Shown in pieces: positions 18,101 to 28,405 of a stretch of DNA of 32,000 bases. Below the pieces are notes generated by a model. It was given only the letters and a program-made list of their open reading frames with translations. It ran no database searches and was not told the origin of the DNA. The translations under genes and the position numbers were made by a program. Origin of the DNA: Candidatus Saccharimonadota bacterium (lineage in GTDB: Bacteria; Patescibacteriota; Gracilibacteria; Absconditabacterales; Absconditicoccaceae). Where the stretch lies: NCBI GenBank assembly GCA_965231145.1, contig OZ246420.1:990001-1022000 (forward strand), written 5' to 3'. The first letter of the stretch is position 1, and the number at the start of each line of letters is the position of its first letter.

Positions 18101-19163
18101 TCATTTTAATGGTCGAATCAATAGTCTGCTTCCACTCATTTTCTGTCATAATGACTTCGTCTCTATTATCTATCGTCTTTCTTTGTTTCTTTTTTTCAAT
18201 CTTACGATTTTTCTTTTCAAGCTTCGCCATACCTGTTAAAGAGACATAGTCCTGGATGAAATTTTTCGATGTAGAAATATCATCTGGGTGGTTATACTCT
18301 TCTGGCATCGCATCCCATCTACCATGTCTTTGCAAGATGTTTTTTATATTTTCTGCCCAGTTACGACCTTCGTTCATTGCATCATCATATGCAGTCTCTG
18401 CACTATGAAGTGCTCTAGCTCCCGATTCATTACCTTTTTCTCGTCTTCATTTTCTTGCAGCCGTCATGGCTGCCTGCTTCTCAGGCATGGTTGCATTGAC
18501 ATAACTCTTCGCAAGCGATTCTTTCATGTCATCTGGATCTAATTCTCCTTTTTCTATTGCCCATTTAATAATATCCTTCCCGTTGTCATCAATTTCATCA
18601 ATCTTGTAGATCGCATCCATAAAATCTTTCTTTATATCTTCTATCTCTCTTTGTTCTTTCTGTCTCTTATTAAATTTTCTTTCCTTTCTTTCATTTTTAA
18701 AATCTGTTCCATTATTTCCATTTTCATTAAAGTCAGAGAAATTCTCTGCTTGCTTTTGAAATTTCTTGAGGTTTTTCTTTGTGTCTTCTATGGTAGCGGC
18801 TTCTTCTATCATTTGAAAATCATAGAGATCATTAAGATCAGAAATTAAGTTAAGCGCATCTCTAAATTGGTCTTTCTTCTCCTTTGATCGGTTGACCTCT
18901 TTGCTGGCAGTTTCTAGCTTAATTTTCATGGCAAGTCTGTCAGCTTTATTATCAATATCAAACTGCTGATCATCTAAAACATCCGCAAATTGCTGAAAAA
19001 GCGCATTGTCCAATGCCTCGTTTAGCTTCTTTTGATAATTTTTATATTGCTCTTTGGTGAGCACTATATCTTTCGCCTCTTTTCAGGCTTTTCACTCGAT
19101 ACGAGTACCTCCTTCGCTACCACGAGGATCAAAAAATACCCTAGCTCTATATAACATCGTCAT
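15144..19163 (-). CDS. Giant hypothetical protein, 1339 aa, no recognisable domain: charged coiled-coil-like N-terminus, Gly-rich beta-like centre, Gly/Asn/Pro-rich repetitive tail
   Basis: Track ORFs 18447..19064, 16035..18377 and 15324..15845 are in one frame. They are joined through in-frame TGA at 19092, 19083, 18447, 16035, 16029, 15861 and 15324. An upstream in-frame TAA lies at 19209-19211, and the first ATG is at 19161-19163 (MTMLYRARVFF...). The real stop is TAA 15144-15146. I see no signal peptide. Confidence 0.8.
15247..15318 (-). repeat. Tandem 36-nt coding repeat (2 copies) giving GTPGSNPVDGVD / GTPGSNPVDGTD
   Basis: CCGTCAACAGGATTTGAACC[T/C]GGTGTTCCAT is repeated at 15247 and 15283, and about 32 of 36 positions are identical between copies. 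It lies inside the C-terminal tail of the 1339-aa protein. Confidence 0.8.
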
Positions 19164-19358
19164 ACTGTATGGTATAAAAAATACACATATAGTATAAACG
19201 ATATATTTTTAAAAAGTACTCTGGGCTGTTTCTTTCTTTCAAACAAGAAAAATCAACAAACCGATAATCTTAGAATATCATCATTAGCGGTGACATATCT
19301 TATATACTATATATTGAATGCATTGTGTTTTACGCCCCATGAAACAAAAAATATCATC

Positions 19359-19389
19359 AAAAAAAACTCAGCATGATTGCAGAGTTTTT
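19359..19389 (-). terminator. Rho-independent terminator of the sugar transferase gene
   Basis: The minus-sense sequence ACTCTGCA-ATCA-TGCTGAGT forms 8 bp with one mismatch and is followed by eight T. It lies about 25 nt past the TAG stop. Confidence 0.6.
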
Positions 19390-19413
19390 CATAGGTAGCA
19401 AGTAATTATTGTG

Positions 19414-20820
19414 CTATTTTCCGCCAAATACGACCCTCAGCGTTGAGATAAGTACTTGTAAGTCCATAGCCAATGACCAATGCTGGATATAGTAGAGTTC
19501 GAGTTGTGCTTCCTGTTCAAAAGGAAGTTTATCGCGACCAAAGACCTGTGCATAGCCGGTAATTCATGGTTTTGCAGCAAGCAGTCTTCTCATCCATGGT
19601 TCATATTTTGCCACTTCATCGGGAAGATGAGGCCTTGGTCCGACAAGCGACATAGTACCGAGAAATACGTTGATAAGTTGAGGAAGTTCGTCGAGCGATG
19701 TTTTGCGTAATATCTTTCATATAGTCGTTACGCGTGGATCGTCTGCTATTTTTGGAAGAATATCATCTCTGGTATTTTTTGTTGCGATAAGGTCTCTATA
19801 AATCTTCTGGGCATTTTTTCCTCCATATTTTTCGCCCGTACTGAGATGAGTATACATGCTACGAAATTTGATAAATCGAAAAAGTTTTCCCTTTCTTCAT
19901 ACCCTTTGCTGAAGATAGAAGACAGGACCTGGAGTATCTGCTTTTATAAGAAATGCGATAAGTAAGAATAATGGAGAAAGAAAAATAAGCCCGAAGAACG
20001 AAGCAACGACATCACATATTCTCTTTAAGACTCTGAGCCACCCATCGAGAGGCGAGCTCGTATACGCCCATCCTACGACTGGTCCGATGCGTTCGGGCTG
20101 CGCAATAAGATCTTCCAGAAAATAACTCTCAGGGATATGATAAAATGTTTTTCCATGATTACGAGCATGATCAGCAATCGTTTGCAATGTATTGGTATCG
20201 TACGAACCTACTGCCATAACAATGTCGATACTATCCCAGCGACGAGATGAGTCATACTCTTTTTTCATAATTGACACCAACTCATAGATGCGATATCATT
20301 CAATCTTTTCGACAAACTGCTCGTATTGTTCTGGAGTATTGTAAATAACGAGAATTTTGTAGGGATGTTTTTTTTCTAAGAAGCTATTGAGATTATTCCA
20401 AAAAATATCAAAGATACTGAGCAATACTAAACCACAGAGCGCTGACCATAAAATTACAAATCTTGAGATACCATCGGTAAAGAGAAATCCATTTCCAAAA
20501 AGAGCGAGAAATGTCATACTGACAAGCCACCAGACCCATGCAAGCAAAAATTTCTTATAGTAACCATGAAGAGGTTTTTGTAATTCATACACCCCAAGAA
20601 GAAACGCTGCAATTAAAAAAATAATGACAGCAACAAGAGCAAATCTACTTGTTTCTATCAGGTTGAATGCCGGTATTCTTAGCTGGAGCCAAGGGATAAG
20701 GTCAGTTGACTGACGGATTGTATATGCTATCCGGAAAGCTACTAAAAGCAGCAAGAAATGAATCAATGGCCTCGCAAGACGAAGAAGCATCTTATATGAT
20801 GAGGCAAAGCTCTTTTTCAT
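19414..20820 (-). CDS. Polyprenyl glycosylphosphotransferase (WbaP-like bacterial sugar transferase), 468 aa
   Basis: It has N-terminal TM helices. After read-through of TGA at 20296, 19897, 19717 and 19564 the C-terminal domain reads ...[26 protein letters not shown]...[44 protein letters not shown]...[42 protein letters not shown], the Bac_transf (PF02397-type) signature. The stop is TAG 19414-19416. I chose the ATG at 20818-20820 as start; the track GTG is at 20826. Confidence 0.88.
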
Positions 20821-21034
20821 GGGCACACAAAGTTGCTAAATATACTTTTATATTATATACAAATACATATAACTTTTCAATTCACAGTTGCCAACCTAAA
20901 AACCGAAGACCAAAACCTTAAAACTTTTCATAGGTAATATCATTGACAAGAAAAAATCATTGGAAGAGCTTTTTGTTTTCAGGTTTGCATTTTAAGTTAA
21001 TTGAGAATTGTTTTAGCAAATAAGCATATAAACA

Positions 21035-21373
21035 ATGTATATATTATTAACCACATACCCCAATAAATGAAGAGATCTTAAGCGCTTTATCATTTGACTG
21101 ATAAAGTCAGGGATGGCAGCGTGCATACAAAGAGTAAATTACGTCAAGTCCTACTATATATGGGAGGAACAAATGAAACAAGAAGAAGAAAAGATATTGC
21201 TTATAAAATGTATTAAGGGAAACAAATCAAAAATAGAAGCATATTTTGAGAAAAACCATCCCTATGATACACCAGAGATGCTCTGGATCGCACCAGATGA
21301 AATAAATAATGCGTATCTTGAATGGATGAAAAAAACAATAAACGCACCTTCTGAGAAAAAACTAAAAAAATAA
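21035..21373 (+). CDS. cutA: Divalent-cation tolerance protein CutA, 112 aa
   Basis: MYILLTTYPNKGRDLKRFIIGLIKSGMAACIQRVNYVKSYYIWEEQ...LLIKC...HPYDTPEM matches the CutA1 pattern (AAC..., S.Y.W, HPY..PE). The N-terminal 26 codons are recovered only by reading TGA at 21068 and 21095 as sense codons. Confidence 0.8.
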
Positions 21374-21394
21374 TATATCTTTCTTTTCTCCTAC

Positions 21395-22477
21395 ATGAAA
21401 AAATATGGAACCTTTCTTTTCTATCTTGTTGCTCTCGCTGCTGTTAGTTATTTTTTGCGACAGTATTTACACGCTCCCCGTGAATTTATTATAAGTCTCA
21501 TTATAAGCTTAGCGATTATTGCTCGGATCGCACGACAAAAAAAGTCATATCTTCCTATCATTGGAACGATCTTACTGATCGGACATATGATCCGGCTTAT
21601 ATGGCTCTTCATTCCTGTCTATAATCATCAGCCGGATATTCGCCAATGGTATCGTAAAGCACCTACGACGATACGTTCACTTCCTGGCGCCAGTAGCGGT
21701 GTAAATCTTCTCTTGGAACACGCAGGAAAAAACACCATGCCTTCATCCATACAACTAAGAGCATGAAAACCTCTCTATCAGGGAGATCGCATAAGCGTAG
21801 CATGACCCTCGCTTTCATTTACAGATCGTCTCGTAGTATCACTCCGGGATGGAAGTTATGTGCAGGTACTACCACAATCATCATTTATATTTGATATGCT
21901 CAGTCCTGATTATGCGAGACTCACCGGATCGCGCGTAGGCATCATATTAGAATGATGAGTCATAAGTATCGCAACTCGCAGAAAAGAGTTCGCCCCAACA
22001 CAGCGGTATGTAAAAGCGGGAAACATCTTCTTTTCGTGTAGAACCTGTCTGATTACTCTCTCGGGCACCGCAGGAAATATTGTAAGCGAGACGACTTTTA
22101 TGTGGCGAACAAACTCAGGAGAAATACTTTCCATCAGCGGAGGCGTCTATAGTTTCTCTCGTAACAGTATAAGCGCTGCTACAAATCCTACACTATTATC
22201 ACTATTTATCGATAGCACAACCCCTCTCTCCTCTTGGAGAAACGAGTATGATGCTCAACGCAAAAATTTCATCACATCACAGCGAGGACGGCCACTGGAA
22301 ACAAGTACCATGCTCCAATCTATCAGTAAAATAAAAATGTCTCTTGCTGGGATCGCAAATCGAACATACCTCGATAAGCGCAACCATCTCTTGCTGTACG
22401 AGTATCTCCGTGAAAGTACTGAGCTCTTTCCTTCAGCATTTGCTTCTCAACAATATCTCTACGAATTTATTCAATAA
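21395..22477 (+). CDS. Membrane-anchored hypothetical protein, 360 aa, with a possible FecR-like beta domain
   Basis: Track ORFs 21395..21766 and 22100..22477 are in one frame. They are joined through TGA at 21764, 21803 and the tandem pair 21953/21956, and I translated the gap codon by codon. It has three N-terminal TM helices. The segment GKPLYQGDRISVAGPSLSFTDRLVVSLRDGSYVQVLPQSSF is weakly FecR-like. Confidence 0.65.
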
Positions 22478-22504
22478 AAAAACTCTGCATTGAGCAGAGT
22501 TTTT
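22478..22504. terminator. Bidirectional rho-independent terminator between convergent genes
   Basis: AAAAAACTCTGC-ATTGA-GCAGAGTTTTT has a 7-bp stem flanked by an A-run and a T-run. Confidence 0.7.
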
Positions 22505-22505
22505 A

Positions 22506-23063
22506 TTAGTTCATAGAGAAAGTGCTAAATGATGCATCTATCTGATCTTTATGACTCTCAAACTCATCTGATGGAGCGAGATAGGTCATAACATAGATAG
22601 TATTATCTTTCAATGCATATACCTGCTCCCATGAAAATTGTCTATCAAGATATCTACCATGAAAAAGAATTTTCTTTGCTGGTTGTCCATCTATCGTCGT
22701 CGATTCGATGGCATCTTGTGTGAAGTCTATGATCACCTCTTTCAGTTGTGCTATCGTCTTATCCACATATCCATCCAGTGTGAGGTTTTGATCTATCTTT
22801 TCTTTTGTCACATTGAAGCTTGGCGTATATTCCTGGATATTTGGTGACGTTACTGTCGCAACCAGATATGGATTCTCTCCTCATGTCATAAGGTTCCAGC
22901 CTTCTGGATACGCAAATGAAACTTGACTTACGGGATCAGTGTAGACGTTTTTATAGAACATTTTATTCCCATAGCGAAGCCAAAGTATAGCCCCTACCAC
23001 AACAAGTGCGGCTAACGAAATCAACAGCCATGAAAGCCATTTTTTCTGCATGTTTTGTTTCAT
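22506..23063 (-). CDS. Membrane-anchored hypothetical protein, 185 aa (PsbP/DcrB-like fold is possible)
   Basis: Track ORFs 22881..23063 and 22506..22811 are in one frame, joined through TGA 22881-22883. It has an N-terminal TM anchor (WLSWLLISLAALVVVGAILWL) followed by VSFAYPEGWNL. The stop is TAA. Confidence 0.65.
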
Positions 23064-23262
23064 ACAACAGATAAATCATTTTACATATAATCAATTATAT
23101 TCCAATAGCAAGGCTTACTTATAAACTACACTTGATAATTCTCAAAATAGATACAAAGGGTTAAAGATCAGAATCTTGTAAGAAACCTAGGCCTCTGAAT
23201 ATTTTTTATTATTCTCGCCCGCCGATTTTGCCTACTTTTTGAGGCAATGACCAAAAAGTAGG

Positions 23263-23278
23263 TCCCCCGGAAGGGGGA
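23263..23278 (-). terminator. GC hairpin TCCCCC-GGAA-GGGGGA (possible terminator of the pseudouridine synthase gene), adjacent to a second hairpin at 23231..23262
   Basis: Read directly. It lies 18 nt past the TAA at 23296-23298. In the minus sense it is followed by CCTACTTTTT, which is also the 5' arm of a 10-bp AT-rich hairpin. Confidence 0.35.
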
Positions 23279-23295
23279 AAGAAAATAAAAATTAC

Positions 23296-23982
23296 TTAAC
23301 TAGTGAGTCCCACGCTCCACAAATGAAGGTGATCATCTGCATCTCATTTATAGACCACATCCCCTCTCAAAGAATATCCTATAGCCGCTGCATGTGCGCG
23401 TATCTGATGACGTATTCATTTCGAGATCACCGCATACGCAGTGGTCGTATCAGTTTCCTCGTCATAGTAGAGAGGGATAAAATAGGTTTTCACCACATGT
23501 TGTTTCCCACGACCATTTTTTATATCACGCGGCTGACGTACAACGATCATCTTCTGATCATCAAACGCATGATGCATGAGCGGATATGACACACATAAAG
23601 CATCATCAGAAGAAAACTCATTGGAAATCCACTGGCAGTACGTGTCTGTATTGGTAAATCTCTGCATATTTCCCTTCACGTCACAAAGATATCGCTTCGC
23701 AATTTCTCCTTTTTCCTGGAGAGCATAATAATGCTCTGCAGATTCACGAGATTTCGCAAAGTAAATGAGTCCTGCGGTATCATTATCGAGTCTATTGAGC
23801 AAACCAAATTCCTCTTCACGCGACCATATTTTTTCTAGTTCCATAAAAAATGTCGGACGACGAGCCTGTAGCGTTTCTAAAAAAGAAAACTGGGAACCGA
23901 ACGTTGTCGGCATCCCATGAGGTTTTCGTACATAATAAAGGTAATCATCTTCGTATCGCTTCATAGAAGCAATAGTAATCAT
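23296..23982 (-). CDS. RluA-family pseudouridine synthase, 228 aa
   Basis: GLLNRLDNDTAGLIYFAK is the catalytic-Asp motif. After read-through of TGA 23416-23418 the sequence continues ...AVISKGIRHQIRAHAAAIGYSLRGDVVYKG..., the G.xHQIR.H and GD..Y motifs. A second TGA lies at 23344. The stop is TAA 23296-23298. Confidence 0.85.
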
Positions 23983-23984
23983 TA

Positions 23985-26174
23985 CTATTCTGCTTTCAAT
24001 GGACTTACTGCCGGAGGCGGCACACCGTCTGTTACAGGATATGCGACTGGTTTAGCTGGGAAATTAACCTTTATTCCCTGAAGATTATTTTGAGAGAAGA
24101 GATGTGCAAATTGCGTATTGATGAAATAATAATTGCTTCCCATATATCCTACTCTTGGCATAAGAGAGCTCAGAAGCCATGGATCTATAGCACCCGTACT
24201 TGTTGTTGTTCCATAATAAGCATATGGATTTGTTAATATGTTTTTATAATCCATAGAGATAGTTTCTTTTGCTCCTTCGGTACTCAATGTTCGTCACTTT
24301 ATACCTGCAAACTGAGTCAATGATGTTTCCATCGGATAACATTCTTTTCTGATTTCTGCACCATTGGCACCATAAACGATACTACACTGCTGCGTTTTTG
24401 CTGTTGTTGCAAGTACAATAGGAAGCAACAGTTCTTTTGTTGTAGAGTTGAACACAAACATCCTTGGATTATGTAATGCATCCGATTGACTACCTTGTTC
24501 TCCAAATGTTTTTGTCCATGCTTGTGTTACGGAAATATTTCCCGCTCTGTCTTTCTGAGAGAAGTCTGCCTTGTACAGATCAAGCTTTATACCTCCTTGT
24601 CTTTCATTGCCATTTGCGTCTATCGATGTATTATACCCAAGACCTATAAGATATTGTACATTCCCTTGTCTTGGTCAAAACGGATGAAGATATGTGCTGT
24701 ATCCAGGCATCTTAAGTTGCCCAACGATAGTTGGTTTTGCACTGTTACTCAAGTCGATAACGAACAATGGATCTATCTGACGATATGTTACAAGATAGAG
24801 ATAGTTATCGATAAATCTTGTTCCGTAGAACTGTTCTCCTGGAGCGATGTTTTCTAGTTTACCTGCGATTTTTCCTTGTGCATCTATCGAATATACATTG
24901 GTAGCGATTCTACCGGCAGCATTTGCTGTATCAGAAGTAATAATTCTGAACGTTCCGTTGGTGTCGTCCATGCTATACTGGCTATATGTCGTTCCCTTTA
25001 CCGCTGTTGAATAATTATATGTGAGTGCTGGCAATGAAAATTGATGTATAGTGGTATAACTACCCTGTGACCACATTGGCATAAGACATCTCGCATTGAT
25101 CGGACAGCTCATCGGCGTAGAGACGTATGATGGAGCCGTAAGATAGAGTGTGCTTTTTGTAATATGCACCTGTGAAGAGCTTCCAACTATGGTCTTTATC
25201 GTAGGAGCTACACGTGGAGTATCGAGAGAAAACGTAATGATACTCGATAGAGAAAGTCCCCATTGAGGATATGAAGATGATTTTTTATCGGGTTTCATAT
25301 ACAATACATTTGTACAGTCCACTTGCGTGGTGTTTTTTACTGTCGTAAATTTCTTTGTTCCGTTTTTATAGGTAATCGTTGTAGGCTGAAGTGAGGTCCA
25401 ACTTGGTAAAGCATCACGCGCCGTGAAAGTGAAATCTGTTGGCTTGATAGACTGCTGTGCAGGATCTTGCATCATCTTATCGCGCATCATGTAAACTGGT
25501 CCTCGCGTAAAAGACTGAGATGTTACCAATACTAGTTTATTATTTACAAGTCTGCTTTCCTGCAAGTACCCATCATACTCATATGCACTTTCGAGCTGCG
25601 GAGTTTTTGGATTTGCGACATTATAGATCATGATAGAAGTTTTTTGATCGCGCGCGATGATGCTTGTCTGATACGCCACATATGGAGCACTCTTTGCACC
25701 AAGCACGATTAACTTCCCGTTATTGAGGAAAAGCTGAGCATTCCACATGTCCTGTGGAAGTGAGATCGTTGCCTCCTTTTTCCCTGCAGCAGAGACAATA
25801 TGTATCTCATGATTTTGCTGGGCATCTACATAATAGATATATTTTCCATCATTCTTCAAAATTTCTGGTTCTTCTACTCCTGACTTTTGATTGTTTGTCG
25901 CAGAGAAATCGCTTCCTCCGCCGCCTCACATACCATTTGCAGAAACAGCTTCTTTTGTCATAGCATCATTCATCATCACGCCACCTCTCACCGGTCCAAA
26001 ATATCCTCCGTTCCAATTGATACTAAAATACTCCTGTAACATACTCTCTACTTCCTTACACGACTTTGCCTGCGTCATTGTAGGATCCCACGACGGTGTA
26101 CTGGTCGCTGCAAATGCGCTTCCAGCGCTTAAAAAAATACAGAAGATGAGCACCAAGGATCAGAGTTTTTTCAT
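23985..26174 (-). CDS. Secreted beta-propeller domain protein (COG4880 / PF09826-like), 729 aa
   Basis: Track ORFs 25926..26156, 24675..25859 and 23985..24287 are in one frame. They are joined through TGA at 26160, 25926, 24675 and 24294, and I translated the gaps. The N-terminus MKKLGSLVLIFCIFLSAGSAFA is signal-peptide-like. YGTRFIDNYLYLVTYRQIDPLFVIDLSNSAKPTIVGQLKMPGYSTYLHPF is the hallmark of the secreted beta-propeller family. Confidence 0.8.
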
Positions 26175-26339
26175 GCGTGCAAAAAAAAGAATATAAAAGC
26201 GATTCTCTCTTGTAACGTTCTCTTATACAATATGTGACAACTATTTCTCTAAAAACTAAAAACTCAAACCTTAAAACTAAAAACAAGATGTTGATACAAA
26301 ATTTAATTAGTAATTCGTCATTGATAATTAGTAATTAGC

Positions 26340-26912
26340 TTACGAAGTCGCGTCCTGACGCAATGCACTCAATATATCGGCAAATACCTCCTCTACTGTC
26401 TTCGTCCCATCAATCTTTACGAGTTTACCAAAATGCTCAATATATTCGATAATCGGCATTGTCTGTTTATAGTAAGTATCTATACGATACTCTACGCTTT
26501 CTTTTGTGTCATCCGGACGCCCTCTTTGCATCGCACGCTCTACTGCAAGATCTCTTGGAACATCGATCCAGATACCGATAAGATCGCGTTCATTTCTATA
26601 CATTCTATCAAGAAACGAATGCATCTGTGGGATATCGCGGGGAAACCCATCCACGATCATCCTTTGATCATCACGAAGTGTGACATAAAACGCATCAAAA
26701 AGTGCAACAACAAGGGCATCATGAAGAAGTTTCCCCTGATCCATAAGCACTTTAATATATGAGCCGATAGCATTGTCATTTGATTCAAGCGCACGCAGTA
26801 CAGCTCCTGATTCAAAGTAACGATACTGACCGATAAAATGAGCAACCAACTTCTTTGCCTGAGTTCCTTTCCCTGATCCCTGAGCTCCAAATAAGACAAT
26901 ATCTTTTAGCAT
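26340..26912 (-). CDS. adk: Adenylate kinase (short-lid form), 190 aa
   Basis: It has the P-loop FGAQGSGKGTQAKKL and the motifs DGFPRDIPQ and RGRPDD. It is an intact ATG..TAA ORF. Confidence 0.9.
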   Translation of the reverse strand: MLKDIVLFGAQGSGKGTQAKKLVAHFIGQYRYFESGAVLRALESNDNAIGSYIKVLMDQGKLLHDALVVALFDAFYVTLRDDQRMIVDGFPRDIPQMHSFLDRMYRNERDLIGIWIDVPRDLAVERAMQRGRPDDTKESVEYRIDTYYKQTMPIIEYIEHFGKLVKIDGTKTVEEVFADILSALRQDATS

Positions 26913-27023
26913 ACTTTTCCCTTATAAGACGATAAAAATGACTCCATAAGCACATAAAATGCCTGTTTTATCCTCTTTGTTATAGGGAAGCCTTCCCGTT
27001 AATCAACAAAAAACAAAACTCTC

Positions 27024-27051
27024 TTGTATTTTCCACAATATTGGATATACT
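27024..27051 (+). promoter_or_regulatory. Candidate promoter of cspA (TTGTAT - 16 nt - TATACT)
   Basis: This is a pattern match 46 nt upstream of the cspA ATG. Confidence 0.4.
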
Positions 27052-27096
27052 AATGACTGGACTTAGTTCCACTTTACTTAATACCCAATTATTACT

Positions 27097-27297
27097 ATGG
27101 AAGGTACTATCAAGTTTTTCAATGAGACTAAAGGATTTGGTTTCATTACTCAATCAAATGGTGAACAAGACATTTTCGTTCACATCAGTGGTGTAGCTGC
27201 TGGTTCAGCTCAGCCTAAAGAAGGAGACAAAGTTACTTACGAAGTTGTTCAAGGAAAGAAAGGACTCCAGGCTGAAAACGTAAACGTTATCGGATAG
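27097..27297 (+). CDS. cspA: Cold-shock protein (CspA family), 66 aa
   Basis: GTIKFFNETKGFGFI (RNP1) and DIFVHISG (RNP2) are present. The stop is TAG. Confidence 0.92.
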   Translation: MEGTIKFFNETKGFGFITQSNGEQDIFVHISGVAAGSAQPKEGDKVTYEVVQGKKGLQAENVNVIG

Positions 27298-27350
27298 TCT
27301 TAAAATGTAAAAAAGCATATTATATATATCATCATATAAATAATACGTTT

Positions 27351-27376
27351 CCTCGCTCCGGCGGGGTTTTTTTTAT
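27351..27376 (+). terminator. Rho-independent terminator after cspA
   Basis: CCTCGC-TCCG-GCGGGG is followed by eight T. Confidence 0.7.
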
Positions 27377-27391
27377 CAATGAAAAATGATT

Positions 27392-27423
27392 AAAAAAAAT
27401 CCCTTCCGGTGCATCGGGAGAGA
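27392..27423 (-). terminator. Rho-independent terminator after rpsI
   Basis: The minus-sense sequence TCTCTCCCG-ATGCAC-CGGAAGGGA forms 8 bp with one mismatch and is followed by eight T. Confidence 0.6.
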
Positions 27424-27509
27424 TTTTTCATTCACATATATCAGAAAATCAATTATCGTAGAGTGATGTTCGATTATCGATTTTCGATGGCCGAACCTGA
27501 CAGAAAGGA

Positions 27510-27929
27510 TTAACGCTTTGACCACTTTGGTCTCTTTCTCGCTTTCTTTAGACCTGGCTTCATACGCTCTTTTGATCTAGGATCTCTTTTAAGAAGACCA
27601 AATGGCTTAAGCTGAGCTCTGAGTTCTGGATCCCAAATAATAAGCGCTCTTGAAAGAGCAAGCTTGATAGCATCTGCCTGACCAGCGATACCACCTGATG
27701 TGATTTTAATCTCAGCATCAAATTTTCCTCCTGTCGAAACGATAGGAAAGATTGCCATCTCGTAGAGATGATGATTTCCACCAAAATACTCCTTCAACGT
27801 GATAGTTGTACCACCCTTCTGAATAGTATAGTTACCAGTTCCTGATGGATAAAGTTTTACGACTGCTGTAGCCTCTTTTCTTCTTCCCACAGCATAGTTA
27901 TACTTAGTCTTTTTAGCCACTGCTGTCAT
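27510..27929 (-). CDS. rpsI: 30S ribosomal protein S9
   Basis: GRRKEATAVVKL...GGIAGQADAIKLALSRAL...RDPRSKERMKPGLKKARKRPKWSKR is the S9 signature with its typical C-terminus. Confidence 0.95.
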   Translation of the reverse strand: MTAVAKKTKYNYAVGRRKEATAVVKLYPSGTGNYTIQKGGTTITLKEYFGGNHHLYEMAIFPIVSTGGKFDAEIKITSGGIAGQADAIKLALSRALIIWDPELRAQLKPFGLLKRDPRSKERMKPGLKKARKRPKWSKR

Positions 27930-27931
27930 AA

Positions 27932-28393
27932 TTAGTCGATAAGAGTAGGATGTAAAGCGTCGTACTTATTTGTACTAGTCGTGAAAAGTTTCAATCTCTT
28001 CATACGGCTATCTCTGAGTTTATTTCTTGGAAGCATGCCTCTTACAGCAAACCACAATGGGTCTGTCGGCTTCTTCTGGAGAAGAGTTTGCAGGTTCTTT
28101 GACTTAACATTACCCTTGTATCCGCTGTATGTATAGTACATCTTTTGGAGAAGTTTTTTTCCGGTAACGTTGATCTTGTCTGCATTTTCTACTACCACAA
28201 AAGCTCCCGTATCCCAGAAGTCACAGTAATTAGCAGTATTCTTTCCCATAAGGAGATCCGCACATATTACTGCGAGCTTACCGAGGGTCTTACCTTCAGC
28301 ATTTACCTTATACCACTTTCTGGTTTTCTCCAGCTCTGCTGGCTTCACATAAAGTGTTTTATTGAGATCTTTTTTCGTAAATGTCATCTTCAA
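27932..28393 (-). CDS. rplM: 50S ribosomal protein L13
   Basis: WYKVNAEGKTLGKLA...GKNTANY...VVVENADKINVTG...YSGYKG...GMLPRNKL is L13-like. The gene lies directly upstream of rpsI. Confidence 0.93.
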   Translation of the reverse strand: MKMTFTKKDLNKTLYVKPAELEKTRKWYKVNAEGKTLGKLAVICADLLMGKNTANYCDFWDTGAFVVVENADKINVTGKKLLQKMYYTYSGYKGNVKSKNLQTLLQKKPTDPLWFAVRGMLPRNKLRDSRMKRLKLFTTSTNKYDALHPTLID

Positions 28394-28405
28394 AAAGCAA
28401 ATTAA

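Noticed and set aside
19359-22504. The two terminators at 19359..19389 and 22478..22504 have similar sequences (AAAACTC[A/T]GCA...GCAGAGTTTTT), which might indicate a repeat family.
   Set aside because: The similarity covers only a ~7-bp stem plus A/T runs, which is too short to distinguish from chance convergence of intrinsic terminators.
23231-23278. A GC hairpin with a GGAA tetraloop (AGGTCCCCCGGAAGGGGGAAAG) next to a 10-bp hairpin, considered as a small SRP (4.5S) RNA or other ncRNA.
   Set aside because: The conserved SRP domain IV internal-loop motifs (the AGCA / GGAA-flanking asymmetric loop) are absent, and the element is too short. It is more simply a 3'-UTR or terminator structure of the pseudouridine synthase gene.
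10629-26174. The ORF track shows many short co-linear fragments (for example six pieces across 10629..14942, three across 15324..19064, and three across 23985..26156). These could be read as decayed pseudogenes or frameshifted genes.
   Set aside because: All fragments of each set share one reading frame. Every break is a TGA and never a TAA or TAG. The joined proteins are continuous through conserved motifs. This is code reassignment, not gene decay.
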